A stretch of DNA of 61,912 bases, filler included, from 5 parts of 5 records of this genome joined end to end with filler, not necessarily neighbours in it; one strand, 5' to 3'; positions 9,452-19,727 are shown, counted from the first letter of the whole stretch. Numbers and translations are program-made. The notes: a model not told the origin generated them from the sequence alone.

Positions 9452-10102
9452 ATGCAACAACCCAAACATTCACGACCAGGTTTCACATTGGTGGAGCTAT
9501 TGGTTGTCATCGCAATCATCGGCGTTCTCGTCGGTCTTCTGCTGCCAGCTGTTCAAGCAGCTCGAGAGGCAGCTCGACGCATGTCGTGCAGCAACAATTT
9601 CAAGCAGATTGGGCTCGCGATACACAACTACCACAGTGCCTTCAACGAAATTCCAAGAACCGGAACTGGCACGAAGCAAGAAATCAGCATGGCAAACGGC
9701 TCTAATCAAAGCAACCGTTTGTTCTTGAGCTGGCTAGTCCCGATTTTGCCGTATATTGAGCAGCAAGGCTTGTGGGAACAGATCTCGAATCCCAACACCG
9801 AAGTTACACCTGGACAGACCCTGCCAGGTGACGTCAACGGTGCGTGGTCGGCAATGGGCCCTGTTCCATGGCAAACCATCTATAAACCGTGGGTCACCCA
9901 AATTGCAGCGTATCGCTGCCCCAGCGACACCGGCGCAGCTCAAGGTCCTGGACAGCTAGCGCGGTCCAATTACGCATGCTCGGTTGGTGACGCGGTTGAC
10001 CGTGGTAACAACGGTGGAGTCAATGACTACGGCTATTTTGGCAATCAGAACAATCGTCATGAAGACTGGGCAGTGACTCGTGCTCGTGCGGCACAGCGTG
10101 GA
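9452..10102 (+). CDS. DUF1559 prepilin-type N-terminal cleavage/methylation domain protein (3' truncated)
   Basis: [52 protein letters not shown] and CPSD, the planctomycete DUF1559 signature. GGAG RBS before ATG 9452. Runs into the spacer. Confidence 0.92.
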
Positions 10103-10202
10103 NNNNNNNNNNNNNNNNNNNNNNNNNNNNNNNNNNNNNNNNNNNNTTAATTAATTAANNNNNNNNNNNNNNNNNNNNNNNNNNNNNNNNNNNNNNNNNN
10201 NN
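10103..10202. other. Artificial contig spacer
   Basis: 44 N + TTAATTAATTAA (stops in all six frames) + 44 N. Confidence 0.99.
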
Positions 10203-11327
10203 GGTAAAGGTATCGCCGATCTGAATGGTGCCGTGATTGTGCAGCCCCAGAATGTCGCCCGGCCAGGCCTCTTCGGCCTGCTCTCGTTCGGCAGCCATAA
10301 AAGTCACCGCATTGGCAATGGTCACATCCTTGCCGATACGGGTCTGTAGCATTTTCATGCCTTTGCTGTATCTGCCAGAACACACACGCATAAAGGCAAT
10401 CCTGTCACGGTGTTTGGGATCCATATTCGCCTGGATTTTGAATACAAAACCGCTGAATTTTTCTTCTTCGGCTGACACTTCACGCGTTTTGGTTTCCCGC
10501 GGTTGCGGCGCGGGTGCGTACTCGACAAAGGAATCCATCAATTCGGTAACGCCGAAGTTGTTCATCGCTGAACCGAAAAACACCGGCGTCAGTTTACCGG
10601 CCAGGAATTCATCCACATCAAAGTCGTGGCTGGCACCGCGCACCAGTTCGATTTCCTCTCGCAGATCGTCAGCCATGTTGCCGAACAGTTCATCCAGGCG
10701 CGGGTTATCCAGACCCTGAATGATTTCACCGGCGTCTTTGGTATGGGGCTGGAACAGGTGCACGCTGTCGTTCAACAGGTGGAAAATGCCCTTGAACCCC
10801 TTACCCATGCCAATCGGCCAGGTAATCGGTGCACACTGAATATTCAGAATGGTTTCCACTTCATCGAGCAGTTCAATCGGCTCGCGCCCTTCCCGGTCCA
10901 GCTTGTTGATAAAGGTCAGAATCGGCGTATCACGCAGTCGACAGACCTCCATCAGTTTAATGGTCCGTTCCTCAACACCCTTGGCACTGTCAATCACCAT
11001 CAGTGCTGAGTCGACCGCAGTCAGGGTCCGGTAGGTATCTTCGGAGAAGTCGGCGTGACCTGGCGTATCGAGTAGATTGACGATACGGCCGTTGTAGGGA
11101 AACTGCATCACCGACGAGGTCACCGAGATGCCCCGCTCTTTCTCCATTTCCATCCAGTCCGAAGTCGCGTGCTTATCGGTTTTGCGCGATTTGACGCTAC
11201 CCGCCATCTGTATCGCACCGCCGAAATACAGCAATTTTTCGGTCAGCGTGGTTTTACCGGCGTCGGGATGCGAAATGATTGCGAAGGTGCGCCGCTTACT
11301 GGCAGCTTCTTGAACGGGACTGGACAT
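10203..11327 (-). CDS. prfC: Peptide chain release factor 3 (3' truncated)
   Basis: [58 protein letters not shown]. Start placed at MSSPVQE. Confidence 0.97.
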
Positions 11328-11424
11328 GGATAACAGCTCTACATTAAAAAACGGTTTGCCGCACAAACCCGGCAAACCGCATATTTTCACCCATATTCAA
11401 GACTGAAACAATCAGCCCTAAAGT

Positions 11425-13725
11425 CTAGGCAGCATTCGACTCACGGCTGGCCTGCAGCTTAATGGCGATAAATTTGGACGTCGGGGTAAATGTTTTGTCA
11501 CCGACACTGTCCAGTGGCACCAGAGGATTGGTCTCCGGATAGTAGGCCGCCGCCTGCCCTTCAGGGATATCATAACTGAGCAAAGTAAAGCCATTGACAC
11601 GACGTTCCTTGCCATCGCCCCAAAGCGAGATCAGATCCACTTTCTGGCCGGGCTCGAGCCCGAGTTTGCGAATATCGGCTTCATTGGCAAACACCACATC
11701 ACGCATACCGTAAACGCCACGATAGCGGTCATTCATGCTGTAGACCGTGGTGTTGTATTGATCATGGGAGCGCATGGTCTGCAGAATCAGATCCGGCTTG
11801 TCCCCCATGGCAGTGATATCGGCATGAATGAGTGTAGTAGGCAAGGCATTGGCTTTGAAGTTTGCCTTACCACTGTCGGTGTACCAGATACGATCCCGCG
11901 CGTTGTTACCCAGATAAAAACCTCCGGGCAGATCAACGCGTTCATTAAAGTTGGCAAAGCCGGGAATGGTATCGTCAATCAGATCACGAATACGGCTGTA
12001 ATCTTCCACCAGCCAGTTCCAGTCAACCGGATGCGTGCCCAGGGTGGCTTCGGCGATACCGGCAATAATTGCGGCTTCCGATTTAAGCAAAGGCGAAAAC
12101 GGCTTCAACTGACCATAGGAAATATGCACCATGCTGAAGGTGTCTTCTACGGTCACGCCCTGCTTGCCGTTTTTCTGGTAATCAATTTCGGTTCGACCAA
12201 TACAGGGCAGAATCAACGCCTGTTTACCGGTAATCAGATGACTGCGGTTGAGCTTGGTCGAAACGTGGACAGTCAGGTCGCAGTTCTGCATGGCGGCATA
12301 GGTTCGCGGTGTATCCGGCGCTGCCTGAACAAAATTACCGCCCAGACCAAAGAAAACCTTAGCCTCACCCGTCTCCATCGCAGCGATGGCTTTCACCGTC
12401 GTATGACCGTGGTGACGCGGCACTTTGAACTGGAAACGTTGCTCCAGTGCATCCAGTAGTGAAGCCGGCGGCTGCTCATCAATCCCCATCGTGCGGTCGC
12501 CCTGCACATTACTGTGACCCCGAACCGGCGACAGTCCGGCACCGGGTTTACCGATATTGCCGCACAGGAGTTGCAGGTTGATGATTTCCTGCACTGTCGC
12601 CACCGAATGCAGATGCTGAGTCACCCCCATCGCCCAGCACATAATGACGCGATCAGCCTTACGGTACATACTGGCGGCGAGTTCAATATCCTGTCGGCTC
12701 AGCCCGGACTGTTGTTCAATCTGCGTCCAGCTGGTGTTATCGACTTCAGTCAGATACTCATCAAGGCCATCGGTATGCTCGGCAATGAACTCGCGGTCAA
12801 ACACCGCAGGTTTATTCTGCGCCTGGGCTTCACGTTCCCATTGCAGGAGGAACTTGACCATGCCCCGAATCGCCGCCATATCGCCCCCCAAAGCCGGACG
12901 AAAATAAGCACTGGTAGTGGGCTCGGATTCATTGGTCAGCATTTCCAGCGGGTTCTGCGGATGCTGAAAGCGCTCCAGCCCTCTTTCTTTCAGCGGGTTA
13001 AAGCAAATCACCTGGGCACCGCGCTGAACTGCTTCACGCAGTGGCTCCAGCATGCGCGGATGATTGGTACCCGGATTCTGTCCAATCACAAAGATGGCGT
13101 CGGCTTCGGCAAAGTCTTCAAAGGTAACCGTCCCCTTACCCACACCGATGCTTTCCGACATACCAATGCCACTGGCTTCGTGGCACATATTGGAACAGTC
13201 GGGAAAGTTGTTGGTACCGAAAGCACGTACAAACAATTGATACAGAAAGGCAGCTTCATTACTGGCACGGCCGGAAGTGTAAAACTCAGCCTGATCCGGT
13301 GACTCCAGTGCTTTGAGATGTTTAGCAACGAGTTCAAAAGCCTGCTTCCAGGTGACCGGTTCGTAGTGATCGGTTTCCGGGTTATACTGCATCGGATGCG
13401 TAATACGCCCCTGTGACTCCAGCCACCAATCATTTTGCCTGAGCAGTTCGCTATTGCTGTGACTGGCAAAGAATGCGGGGGTAACCCGACGACTGGTCGC
13501 TTCCCAGTTAACCGCTTTGGCGCCATTTTCACAAAACTTGATGAAATGCTTTTCCGGGGTCTCTCCCCAGGCGCAACCGGGACAATCAAGGCCGTGGTCC
13601 TGATTGGTTTTAAGCATGGCGCGAATATTCTTTATCGCGTTTTTACTACCCAACCAGTTTCGGGTCACACTGACCAGCGCACCCCAGCCTGCGGCTGGTC
13701 CGTTATACGGCTTGTAATGACTCAC
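11425..13725 (-). CDS. FdhF/YdeP family molybdopterin oxidoreductase
   Basis: GPAAGWGAL, DCPGCAW, FCENGAKA, YTSGRASNEAA, NNFPDCSNMCHE, RGHSNVQG, RSHDQYNTT. GTG start at 13725 with GGAG RBS. Confidence 0.93.
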   Translation of the reverse strand: MSHYKPYNGPAAGWGALVSVTRNWLGSKNAIKNIRAMLKTNQDHGLDCPGCAWGETPEKHFIKFCENGAKAVNWEATSRRVTPAFFASHSNSELLRQNDWWLESQGRITHPMQYNPETDHYEPVTWKQAFELVAKHLKALESPDQAEFYTSGRASNEAAFLYQLFVRAFGTNNFPDCSNMCHEASGIGMSESIGVGKGTVTFEDFAEADAIFVIGQNPGTNHPRMLEPLREAVQRGAQVICFNPLKERGLERFQHPQNPLEMLTNESEPTTSAYFRPALGGDMAAIRGMVKFLLQWEREAQAQNKPAVFDREFIAEHTDGLDEYLTEVDNTSWTQIEQQSGLSRQDIELAASMYRKADRVIMCWAMGVTQHLHSVATVQEIINLQLLCGNIGKPGAGLSPVRGHSNVQGDRTMGIDEQPPASLLDALEQRFQFKVPRHHGHTTVKAIAAMETGEAKVFFGLGGNFVQAAPDTPRTYAAMQNCDLTVHVSTKLNRSHLITGKQALILPCIGRTEIDYQKNGKQGVTVEDTFSMVHISYGQLKPFSPLLKSEAAIIAGIAEATLGTHPVDWNWLVEDYSRIRDLIDDTIPGFANFNERVDLPGGFYLGNNARDRIWYTDSGKANFKANALPTTLIHADITAMGDKPDLILQTMRSHDQYNTTVYSMNDRYRGVYGMRDVVFANEADIRKLGLEPGQKVDLISLWGDGKERRVNGFTLLSYDIPEGQAAAYYPETNPLVPLDSVGDKTFTPTSKFIAIKLQASRESNAA

Positions 13726-14032
13726 AGGAATAAATTCTCCGAGACAAAGCAAAACAGGCACAGCTTTTCCGGCCGCACTGAAAGCAATCAGCAAGGCGCA
13801 GGCGAAATTGGCCTGTAAAATTAAAAATTGAGAGATCAGAACGGCATGTTCTGCGTGATGAAACAGGACTACCGCCTGTCATCCTTCTGATCATTGCGAT
13901 CAGCACGTATTATAAGTTTGTCAGCTGCGAACATCAATATGCACAGCAATGCAAAATTCATAAAACGGGTTATTTCGGCAGCTAACTGTTAATCAATTTA
14001 TACAATTTAAATCAATTTATTATGGCAATGTG

Positions 14033-14063
14033 TCTTTATATAAAGATTGTTTTTATAAAGATA
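14033..14063. promoter_or_regulatory. Probable MarR operator (palindrome plus degenerate copy)
   Basis: Perfect 14-bp palindrome TCTTTATATAAAGA at 14033-14046 and an adjacent imperfect copy TTTTTATAAAGATA, 45-70 nt upstream of the marR start. Confidence 0.55.
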
Positions 14064-14105
14064 AAAAGCTAGACTCAAATAAGTTTTTAATAACGCCCCA
14101 TTATC

Positions 14106-14624
14106 ATGAGAAAAAATAACGCACCAGATGATATCGATGGCATTACCGAGCAATGGCAAGCCCGCGGACTTAAGGCTGATTTCAGCAGCATGCAGATCGC
14201 TGCCCGTGCACTGCGACTGAGTAAGGCGCTGGAAACACGTATCGGTGATCTTCACGCGCGTTTTAATCTTAAACAGGGAGAGTTTGATGTCCTTGCCGCA
14301 TTGAGACGAGCGGATGTAGACGCCCTGACGCCATCGGCGCTCTATCAAAGCATGTTGCTCAGTTCCGGTGCGATGACCAGCCGTCTGGATCGGCTGGAAA
14401 ATAAAGGCTTAATCACAAGAGCCCACTGCCCGCAGGACCGGCGCAGTGTGAAAGTCTCCCTCACTGCGCAGGGGCAAGTACTTATTGACGAGGCCGCTCC
14501 AGCCCATTTTGATTTACTCTCCTCACTGCTGTCAGGCATGACTGACAATGACAAAACGCAGTTTGCCAGTTTACTGAAGGGCTGCCTGCAACTGATTGAA
14601 ACGCAGGTAGAAGCCACAGAATGA
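14106..14624 (+). CDS. MarR-family regulator (UrtR/PecS-like)
   Basis: N-terminal DDIDGITEQW helix, EFDVLAALRR, SSGAMTSRLDRLE, DRRS wing motif. Confidence 0.9.
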   Translation: MRKNNAPDDIDGITEQWQARGLKADFSSMQIAARALRLSKALETRIGDLHARFNLKQGEFDVLAALRRADVDALTPSALYQSMLLSSGAMTSRLDRLENKGLITRAHCPQDRRSVKVSLTAQGQVLIDEAAPAHFDLLSSLLSGMTDNDKTQFASLLKGCLQLIETQVEATE

Positions 14625-15829
14625 GTTCCTCCCAACCAGATATTCGCTCGCTGATTCTGTTTCTCGCGGCTTTAACAGCGATGACACCGCTGGCTATTGA
14701 TGCCTATCTACCGGCCATGCCTGAAATGTCGGCATTTTTTAATGTCAGCATTCATGACACCGAATTATCGCTCAGCCTGTTTCTGGCCGGGTTTGCTATC
14801 GGTCAGTTAGTAGGAGGACCTTTTTCCGATCATTTCGGCCGTCGCGCTGCCACCGGTATTGGTATCAGCCTGTTTTGCCTGGGCACATTGGGCATCATTT
14901 TCAGCCCGACCATGCAGTGGGTCTGGGCCGCTCGCCTTGTAGAAGCCTTTGGTGGCGGCCTTGCAGTGGTAAATTCTGCAGCCGTGATACGGGATTTGAG
15001 TAAGGGACAGGAAAGCGCCCGTCACCTGTCCAATATGGCAATCATCATGATGCTGGCTCCCCTGCTGGCGCCACTTATCGGCATGCTGTTACTGCAGCTA
15101 AGCGGCTGGCGACTGATTTTCGACTTCCTGCTGGTTTACGGCCTGGTTATCGGCAGCACACTGTTTTTTAAACTGCCAGAGACTCGGCATATCGCCAGCG
15201 ACAGACCCAACGCATTCAAACGCTACAAGATGGTACTCAGCAACCGCTGCGCGGTAGGGTTTATCTTTTCACAATGTTTTGCCCTGGGCGGCATGTTTGC
15301 TTTTATCACCGGCTCTCCAGCAGTTTATATGGGCTATTTCGGCGTCAGTGAAACCGTGTATCCGTTTCTGTTCGGCGTCAATGTGGTGGCGATGATGCTG
15401 TTTAACCGACTTAATCTCCGTCTCTTACACAGGTACCGACCTCAGCAGATTCTCAGTGTCGGGCAGGGCGGGCAGCTACTTACGGCAACGCTATTGCTAA
15501 CCTATATCAGCTTCAGTCAGATGCCCTCGCTCATTATCGTCATACCATTGATTATTGTATTTATCGGCATTATGGGCCTGATTGTCTCCAACGCGACCTC
15601 AAGCACCGTGGAGTACTTCCCGACCAACAGTGCGACCGCGACGGCTTTGCTCGGTGCCTCCGGTTTTGCCACCGGTGCCATCAGCGGATCAGTGGTCGGT
15701 CTTCTGGGGGATGGCACACCATGGCCGATGACTCTGGTGATGTTCAGTTGCGCGCTAACCGCGCCGGTGCTGCGCGGTTTGATGCAATATGGCGCTTCGA
15801 CTGAAGAAGGCTCAGCCACTAACCGCTGA
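14621..15829 (+). CDS. Bcr/CflA family MFS drug efflux transporter
   Basis: PLAIDAYLPAMP, GQLVGGPFSDHFGRR, ~12 TM helices; ATGA overlap with marR. Confidence 0.92.
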   Translation: MSSSQPDIRSLILFLAALTAMTPLAIDAYLPAMPEMSAFFNVSIHDTELSLSLFLAGFAIGQLVGGPFSDHFGRRAATGIGISLFCLGTLGIIFSPTMQWVWAARLVEAFGGGLAVVNSAAVIRDLSKGQESARHLSNMAIIMMLAPLLAPLIGMLLLQLSGWRLIFDFLLVYGLVIGSTLFFKLPETRHIASDRPNAFKRYKMVLSNRCAVGFIFSQCFALGGMFAFITGSPAVYMGYFGVSETVYPFLFGVNVVAMMLFNRLNLRLLHRYRPQQILSVGQGGQLLTATLLLTYISFSQMPSLIIVIPLIIVFIGIMGLIVSNATSSTVEYFPTNSATATALLGASGFATGAISGSVVGLLGDGTPWPMTLVMFSCALTAPVLRGLMQYGASTEEGSATNR

Positions 15830-16610
15830 TTCGGGCTCGGTAGTACTGGTAAAACTGTTTCGCGGTTCTCCCGCTGTGTCCCCCCCGACCCATCGCATAA
15901 AGCCTGGCCGCTTCATGCAATTGCTGCTTGTCGATATCCAGTTCGGCAAACAGAGATTCAACTATCGCGAAGTAGTTCTCCCAGTTGGCCGGATAGAACG
16001 ACAGGTTCAGCCCGAAACGATCAGACAAAGCCAGCTTATCTTCCAGGCTGTCGGCATAATGCACTTCTCCATCGACCAGACCACTGAGCTGATTTTCGGA
16101 CTGTTTTTCCGGTAAAAGATGACGGCGATTGGAGGTCGCATAAAGCCGCACATGATCCGGCGGCAGTTCCAGCCCACCTTCAAGCAGGGACTTGAGCGGT
16201 TTGTATGTCGACTCCCCTTCTTCAAAGGACAAATCATCACAAAAAATCACAAAACGAAACTGATCGTCGGCTTCTTCCAGTGAATCCAGAATTTCCGGCA
16301 GGTGACCAACCTGATCTTTATCTACCTGCAACATGCGTAATCCATCACTCGCCATTTCATTTAACATGGCCTTGATCAAGGATGATTTGCCGGTACCGCG
16401 TGCGCCCCACAACATCGCGTGATTACTGGTTTTTCCCTGAATAAAATGTCGCGTATTATCCAGTAAAGCCTGTTTTTGCTTCTCGATGCCTTTGAGCTCA
16501 GACAGACGAACGGGATCCAGCCGCTCTACCGGTTTCAGTTTCTGACTGTGACTACGCCATACCGCAGCATAATATTGATGCCAGTCAACACGCATAAAGA
16601 CCTCAAACAT
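15819..16610 (-). CDS. DUF815 family AAA+ ATPase
   Basis: Walker A GARGTGKSS, FCDDLSFE, YATSNRRHL, LSDRFGL, SGRTAKQF. Confidence 0.9.
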   Translation of the reverse strand: MFEVFMRVDWHQYYAAVWRSHSQKLKPVERLDPVRLSELKGIEKQKQALLDNTRHFIQGKTSNHAMLWGARGTGKSSLIKAMLNEMASDGLRMLQVDKDQVGHLPEILDSLEEADDQFRFVIFCDDLSFEEGESTYKPLKSLLEGGLELPPDHVRLYATSNRRHLLPEKQSENQLSGLVDGEVHYADSLEDKLALSDRFGLNLSFYPANWENYFAIVESLFAELDIDKQQLHEAARLYAMGRGGHSGRTAKQFYQYYRARISG

Positions 16611-16751
16611 TTTTGTAAATGTCTTAGCATAGCATCGACGGATGCGGTTTAAGTGTGTGTGACAGGAAAATTAGTGGTGTGGGCTGAGCGAGCTGGTTAC
16701 ACACAATTTTGCAGTGTGCTTAAGTATTTGATTTCGTTGGAAGGGCAATAA

Positions 16752-16781
16752 GACACCACCGGGGTAACTCCCGGTGGTGTC
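16752..16781 (-). terminator. Terminator hairpin after the 310-aa repeat protein
   Basis: GACACCACCGGG-N6-CCCGGTGGTGTC, 7 nt past the stop codon. Confidence 0.75.
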
Positions 16782-16788
16782 ATAATTT

Positions 16789-17721
16789 TTATAGTAAACC
16801 ACTCAACAGTGGGCCAGTTGATAGTGCTGACTCTCCAGAAGCAGAGGCTTCAGCATCCGCACTGGCGCTGCCACTGACATCCAGCAATCCGCCTGTGAGG
16901 CCATCAGCAGTATCAGTCACCGTACCCAGCACTTCAGTACCCGGCAAAGCACCACCTGTCAGTCCACCAACAGTACCGGTGACAGTACCAACAGCGTCGG
17001 CACCCAGCAGTTCACCACCGGTCACACCACCCAGAGTACCCGTTACTGTACCCAGTACATCCGTACCCAACAGGTCCCCACCAGTGACGCCGCCAACGGT
17101 GTCATTGACAGTACCGAGCGCATCAACGCCGCCGACCAGACCTGTGGCGGTATCCACAGTGGCATCAACCAGGCTCACCGAGGTATCAACGGCACCAGCA
17201 GTCAAAACCGTCACATTATCAACCGTATTGGAGGCCAAGCCTGTCGCACCATCAGTGAGCCCACTGACACCAGCCACATCCTCAACACCACTCAATGCAC
17301 CACCGGCAACGGCTTTTGTCTCCTGAACCACCGTACCCGCAAGGGCGACTGTGTCATGTGCTGTTGTCTTGACAACCGTTTTGGTTGCTTCGACTTTTGA
17401 CACAACACCTGCTACGCGGTCTTCAGCACCAATCAACGATTTAGTGTCACCGACCGCACCTTCAACGATGCTGACGGCACCGCTCACGGTATCTTCTTCC
17501 CCAGTCAGAGCTACGACACCAGCAACGGTTTCTTCGGCAACGGCTTGCGTCTCCCCCACTAAACCGGTTGCCGCTTGCTTGCCACCTGCAACCGTACCTT
17601 CAACAGCAGCAACGACATCATCCGTCGGCAATCCACTATCCAACTCCAGCGCAGAGGCGGTAAAGGACAGGGAAAGTCCTGCAGCAACAAGGCAGGACGA
17701 TAAAATATTTCTCTTTTGCAT
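16789..17721 (-). CDS. Secreted Gly/Val/Thr/Ala-rich repeat protein (putative TpsB passenger)
   Basis: GAGGAG RBS; Sec signal ending ASA; four 21-aa repeats; no Trp or Tyr; acidic. Confidence 0.8.
   Translation of the reverse strand: MQKRNILSSCLVAAGLSLSFTASALELDSGLPTDDVVAAVEGTVAGGKQAATGLVGETQAVAEETVAGVVALTGEEDTVSGAVSIVEGAVGDTKSLIGAEDRVAGVVSKVEATKTVVKTTAHDTVALAGTVVQETKAVAGGALSGVEDVAGVSGLTDGATGLASNTVDNVTVLTAGAVDTSVSLVDATVDTATGLVGGVDALGTVNDTVGGVTGGDLLGTDVLGTVTGTLGGVTGGELLGADAVGTVTGTVGGLTGGALPGTEVLGTVTDTADGLTGGLLDVSGSASADAEASASGESALSTGPLLSGLL
16880..17120 (-). repeat. 63-nt (21-aa) tandem coding repeat
   Basis: GTACC anchors at 16922, 16985, 17048 and 17111; unit GTVT(G/D)TVGG(V/L)TGGxLLGxDxL. 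Confidence 0.85.
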
Positions 17722-17860
17722 CTCTCACTCCTCATTTCTCAACTTAGCCATGAGACATCATGACCGGTGCACAAACACCAGTTCTGTTTTTAACATATTG
17801 AGGCTGCAAATAAAACGAATATTAAGAATATTGAGAAACGTTTGGCTATTTTTCTGAATA

Positions 17861-19543
17861 TCAGAATTGCCAGCGAAGCTTGATGTTATAAATCGGGCTT
17901 CGGTCCCCTGTTTCAAAGTGGGCATCGCCCAATGGCTTGGCATATTCCAGTCCCAGCGTGTAGGTATTTGTATCCGTGATATCAATACCAACTGCAGCTG
18001 ACACCAGCTCTTGCTCCCTGTCATTGGCACGGAGTTTAGTGCGGGCCGCATCAAACACGACGTAGGGTTCTATACGTTTGATAACCCGCATTGGGATGGC
18101 TTGCAGATAACGCAACTCCAGTTCGCCAGCCATGCCTTTATCCCCTTGGGCCTGACCATCGGGGTAACCACGACCATAGCGGGGACCACCGTAACGAATT
18201 TGCTCAGCAGACGGCAGAATATCATCTGACCAGAATAAATTAGCTTTAGTCTGTACCCGCCATTTCGGACTCATCATATACCGCCAGAGACCATCCAGCC
18301 TGACGGTATTGAAATGAATCGTCTCAGTGCCTGAGCGAGTACCATTCGCATCGGTGATGTTATTTTTACTATTGCCGAGTTCAATACCCTGCTTGATGCT
18401 GCCGGACAACCTGAAAATTTGTCGCGTTAGTTGTTTAGTCCAGACCGTGTTCAACTCCAGTGCCGAGTATCGTAATTCCTTTTCTATTTCCACGGCATTG
18501 CCTAAACCGTCTTCCCGCTGCAGTTCGTAGACTGCTTCCTCATCCAGATAATGCAGATTACTGCCAATCCACCACGAGGACTTTTTAGATAGCTGCAAGG
18601 GATATTTCACGCCGGCACGCAGCGTGTCGCGATCTTTGTTTTCCTGATAGTTCAATGGAATATCTGCTACAAAAATTCGATCATCACCTTCGCTTTCAAA
18701 GTGATTAGCAGCCAGTTCCAGTCTCAAACCATCAGTGCCGATATCCTGCTGATAGTTAAGCGCATAATATTCGTTGACCGTATCGTTAGGCAGTAATGTT
18801 GTCAGCGTTAATCTATCGCCATAGCCCGTTAATGAATTAAATGTCACACCGGGTAAAAGCTTGAGTTCTTCCTCTTTACTGTCATCAAAGCCAAGTGATG
18901 TCTCAAACCAGTCCGCACTGACTTCCTCTACCCGCACCGTGGTTCCCCCACCCAGCGTTTTGGGTTTCGGCACCCGGATTTTGAACTTATAGCCGGGGGT
19001 CGCTTCAATCAGACTGACATAACGTTCAAATGTCCTGGTCGTGAGCGGCTTTTCTCCTTCCATCCGGGCTGCCAGTTTTCTTACCCGATCTCTGACATCT
19101 TCATCTTCAATGATAATTTCTTTACGGGCGATATAGCCTTCAACCAGCACAATGGTCAACAAGCCGGACGACGCGTTTTGATTAGGCAGAAAAGCAAATG
19201 ACAAGGCATAGCCGGCCTCTTTGTATCTTGCCGTGATGCTTCGCAATACTGCGACAATCTCTGCTCTGGTCACATCCTGGCCGATAAGAGGCTTCACCAT
19301 TTCAGCCAGTTGTTCCAGAGCAAATACCGTCCCCCCCTGAAACTGGACTTTTTCGACTCTTACCGTGTTGACCTGTTTTGCCGTGCTGAGACTGTCACCT
19401 GCCGGTAAATCAACCTCTGTTTTCTCTTTTTCAATGGGTTCCTGCTCTGCTTCATCAACAATAAAGGGCGGTTCCACCGCCCAGGCTGTACCTGTTATTA
19501 GCACACTGAAAAAGAGTGTCTTTAATAGCATTGATTTCATCAT
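17861..19543 (-). CDS. ShlB/FhaC/HecB (TpsB, Omp85 superfamily) outer-membrane transporter
   Basis: Signal peptide ending AWA; POTRA segment (VQFQGGTVF..ITARYKEAGYALSFAFLPNQ..GLLTIVLVEGYI); loop-6 motif GGPRYGRGY..GDKG; C-terminal beta-signal KLRWQF. Start placed at MMKSMLL. Confidence 0.9.
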   Translation of the reverse strand: MMKSMLLKTLFFSVLITGTAWAVEPPFIVDEAEQEPIEKEKTEVDLPAGDSLSTAKQVNTVRVEKVQFQGGTVFALEQLAEMVKPLIGQDVTRAEIVAVLRSITARYKEAGYALSFAFLPNQNASSGLLTIVLVEGYIARKEIIIEDEDVRDRVRKLAARMEGEKPLTTRTFERYVSLIEATPGYKFKIRVPKPKTLGGGTTVRVEEVSADWFETSLGFDDSKEEELKLLPGVTFNSLTGYGDRLTLTTLLPNDTVNEYYALNYQQDIGTDGLRLELAANHFESEGDDRIFVADIPLNYQENKDRDTLRAGVKYPLQLSKKSSWWIGSNLHYLDEEAVYELQREDGLGNAVEIEKELRYSALELNTVWTKQLTRQIFRLSGSIKQGIELGNSKNNITDANGTRSGTETIHFNTVRLDGLWRYMMSPKWRVQTKANLFWSDDILPSAEQIRYGGPRYGRGYPDGQAQGDKGMAGELELRYLQAIPMRVIKRIEPYVVFDAARTKLRANDREQELVSAAVGIDITDTNTYTLGLEYAKPLGDAHFETGDRSPIYNIKLRWQF

Positions 19544-19581
19544 TAACCTGGTCTTCCATGAAACATAAACAATATCTAAGC

Positions 19582-19619
19582 AAAAAAAAGGTGTGGCAAC
19601 AGGGACCATTGCCACACCT
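19582..19619 (-). terminator. Rho-independent terminator between the lipoprotein gene and tpsB
   Basis: AGGTGTGGCAA-N9-TTGCCACACCT preceded on + by an A run, which gives a U tract on the minus strand. Confidence 0.85.
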
Positions 19620-19727
19620 AATAGCGATATGGAGCACAACACACTGCGCTGCTGACATCCTTACTCTGAGCAAGAAAGCGGCGAGATCAGCTGTTAAGTC
19701 CAAACTTCAAGTTTCACTTGTGAATAA

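Noticed and set aside
10147-10158. Recurring TTAATTAATTAA as a biological repeat or CtrA-type site
   Set aside because: It is always centred in N runs and gives stops in all six frames, so it is an artificial linker.
16611-16751. Possible mobile-element end (TAAGTATTTGATTT) marking the TpsB locus as an island
   Set aside because: No integrase, tRNA or flanking direct repeat is visible, and the motif is too short to support the call.
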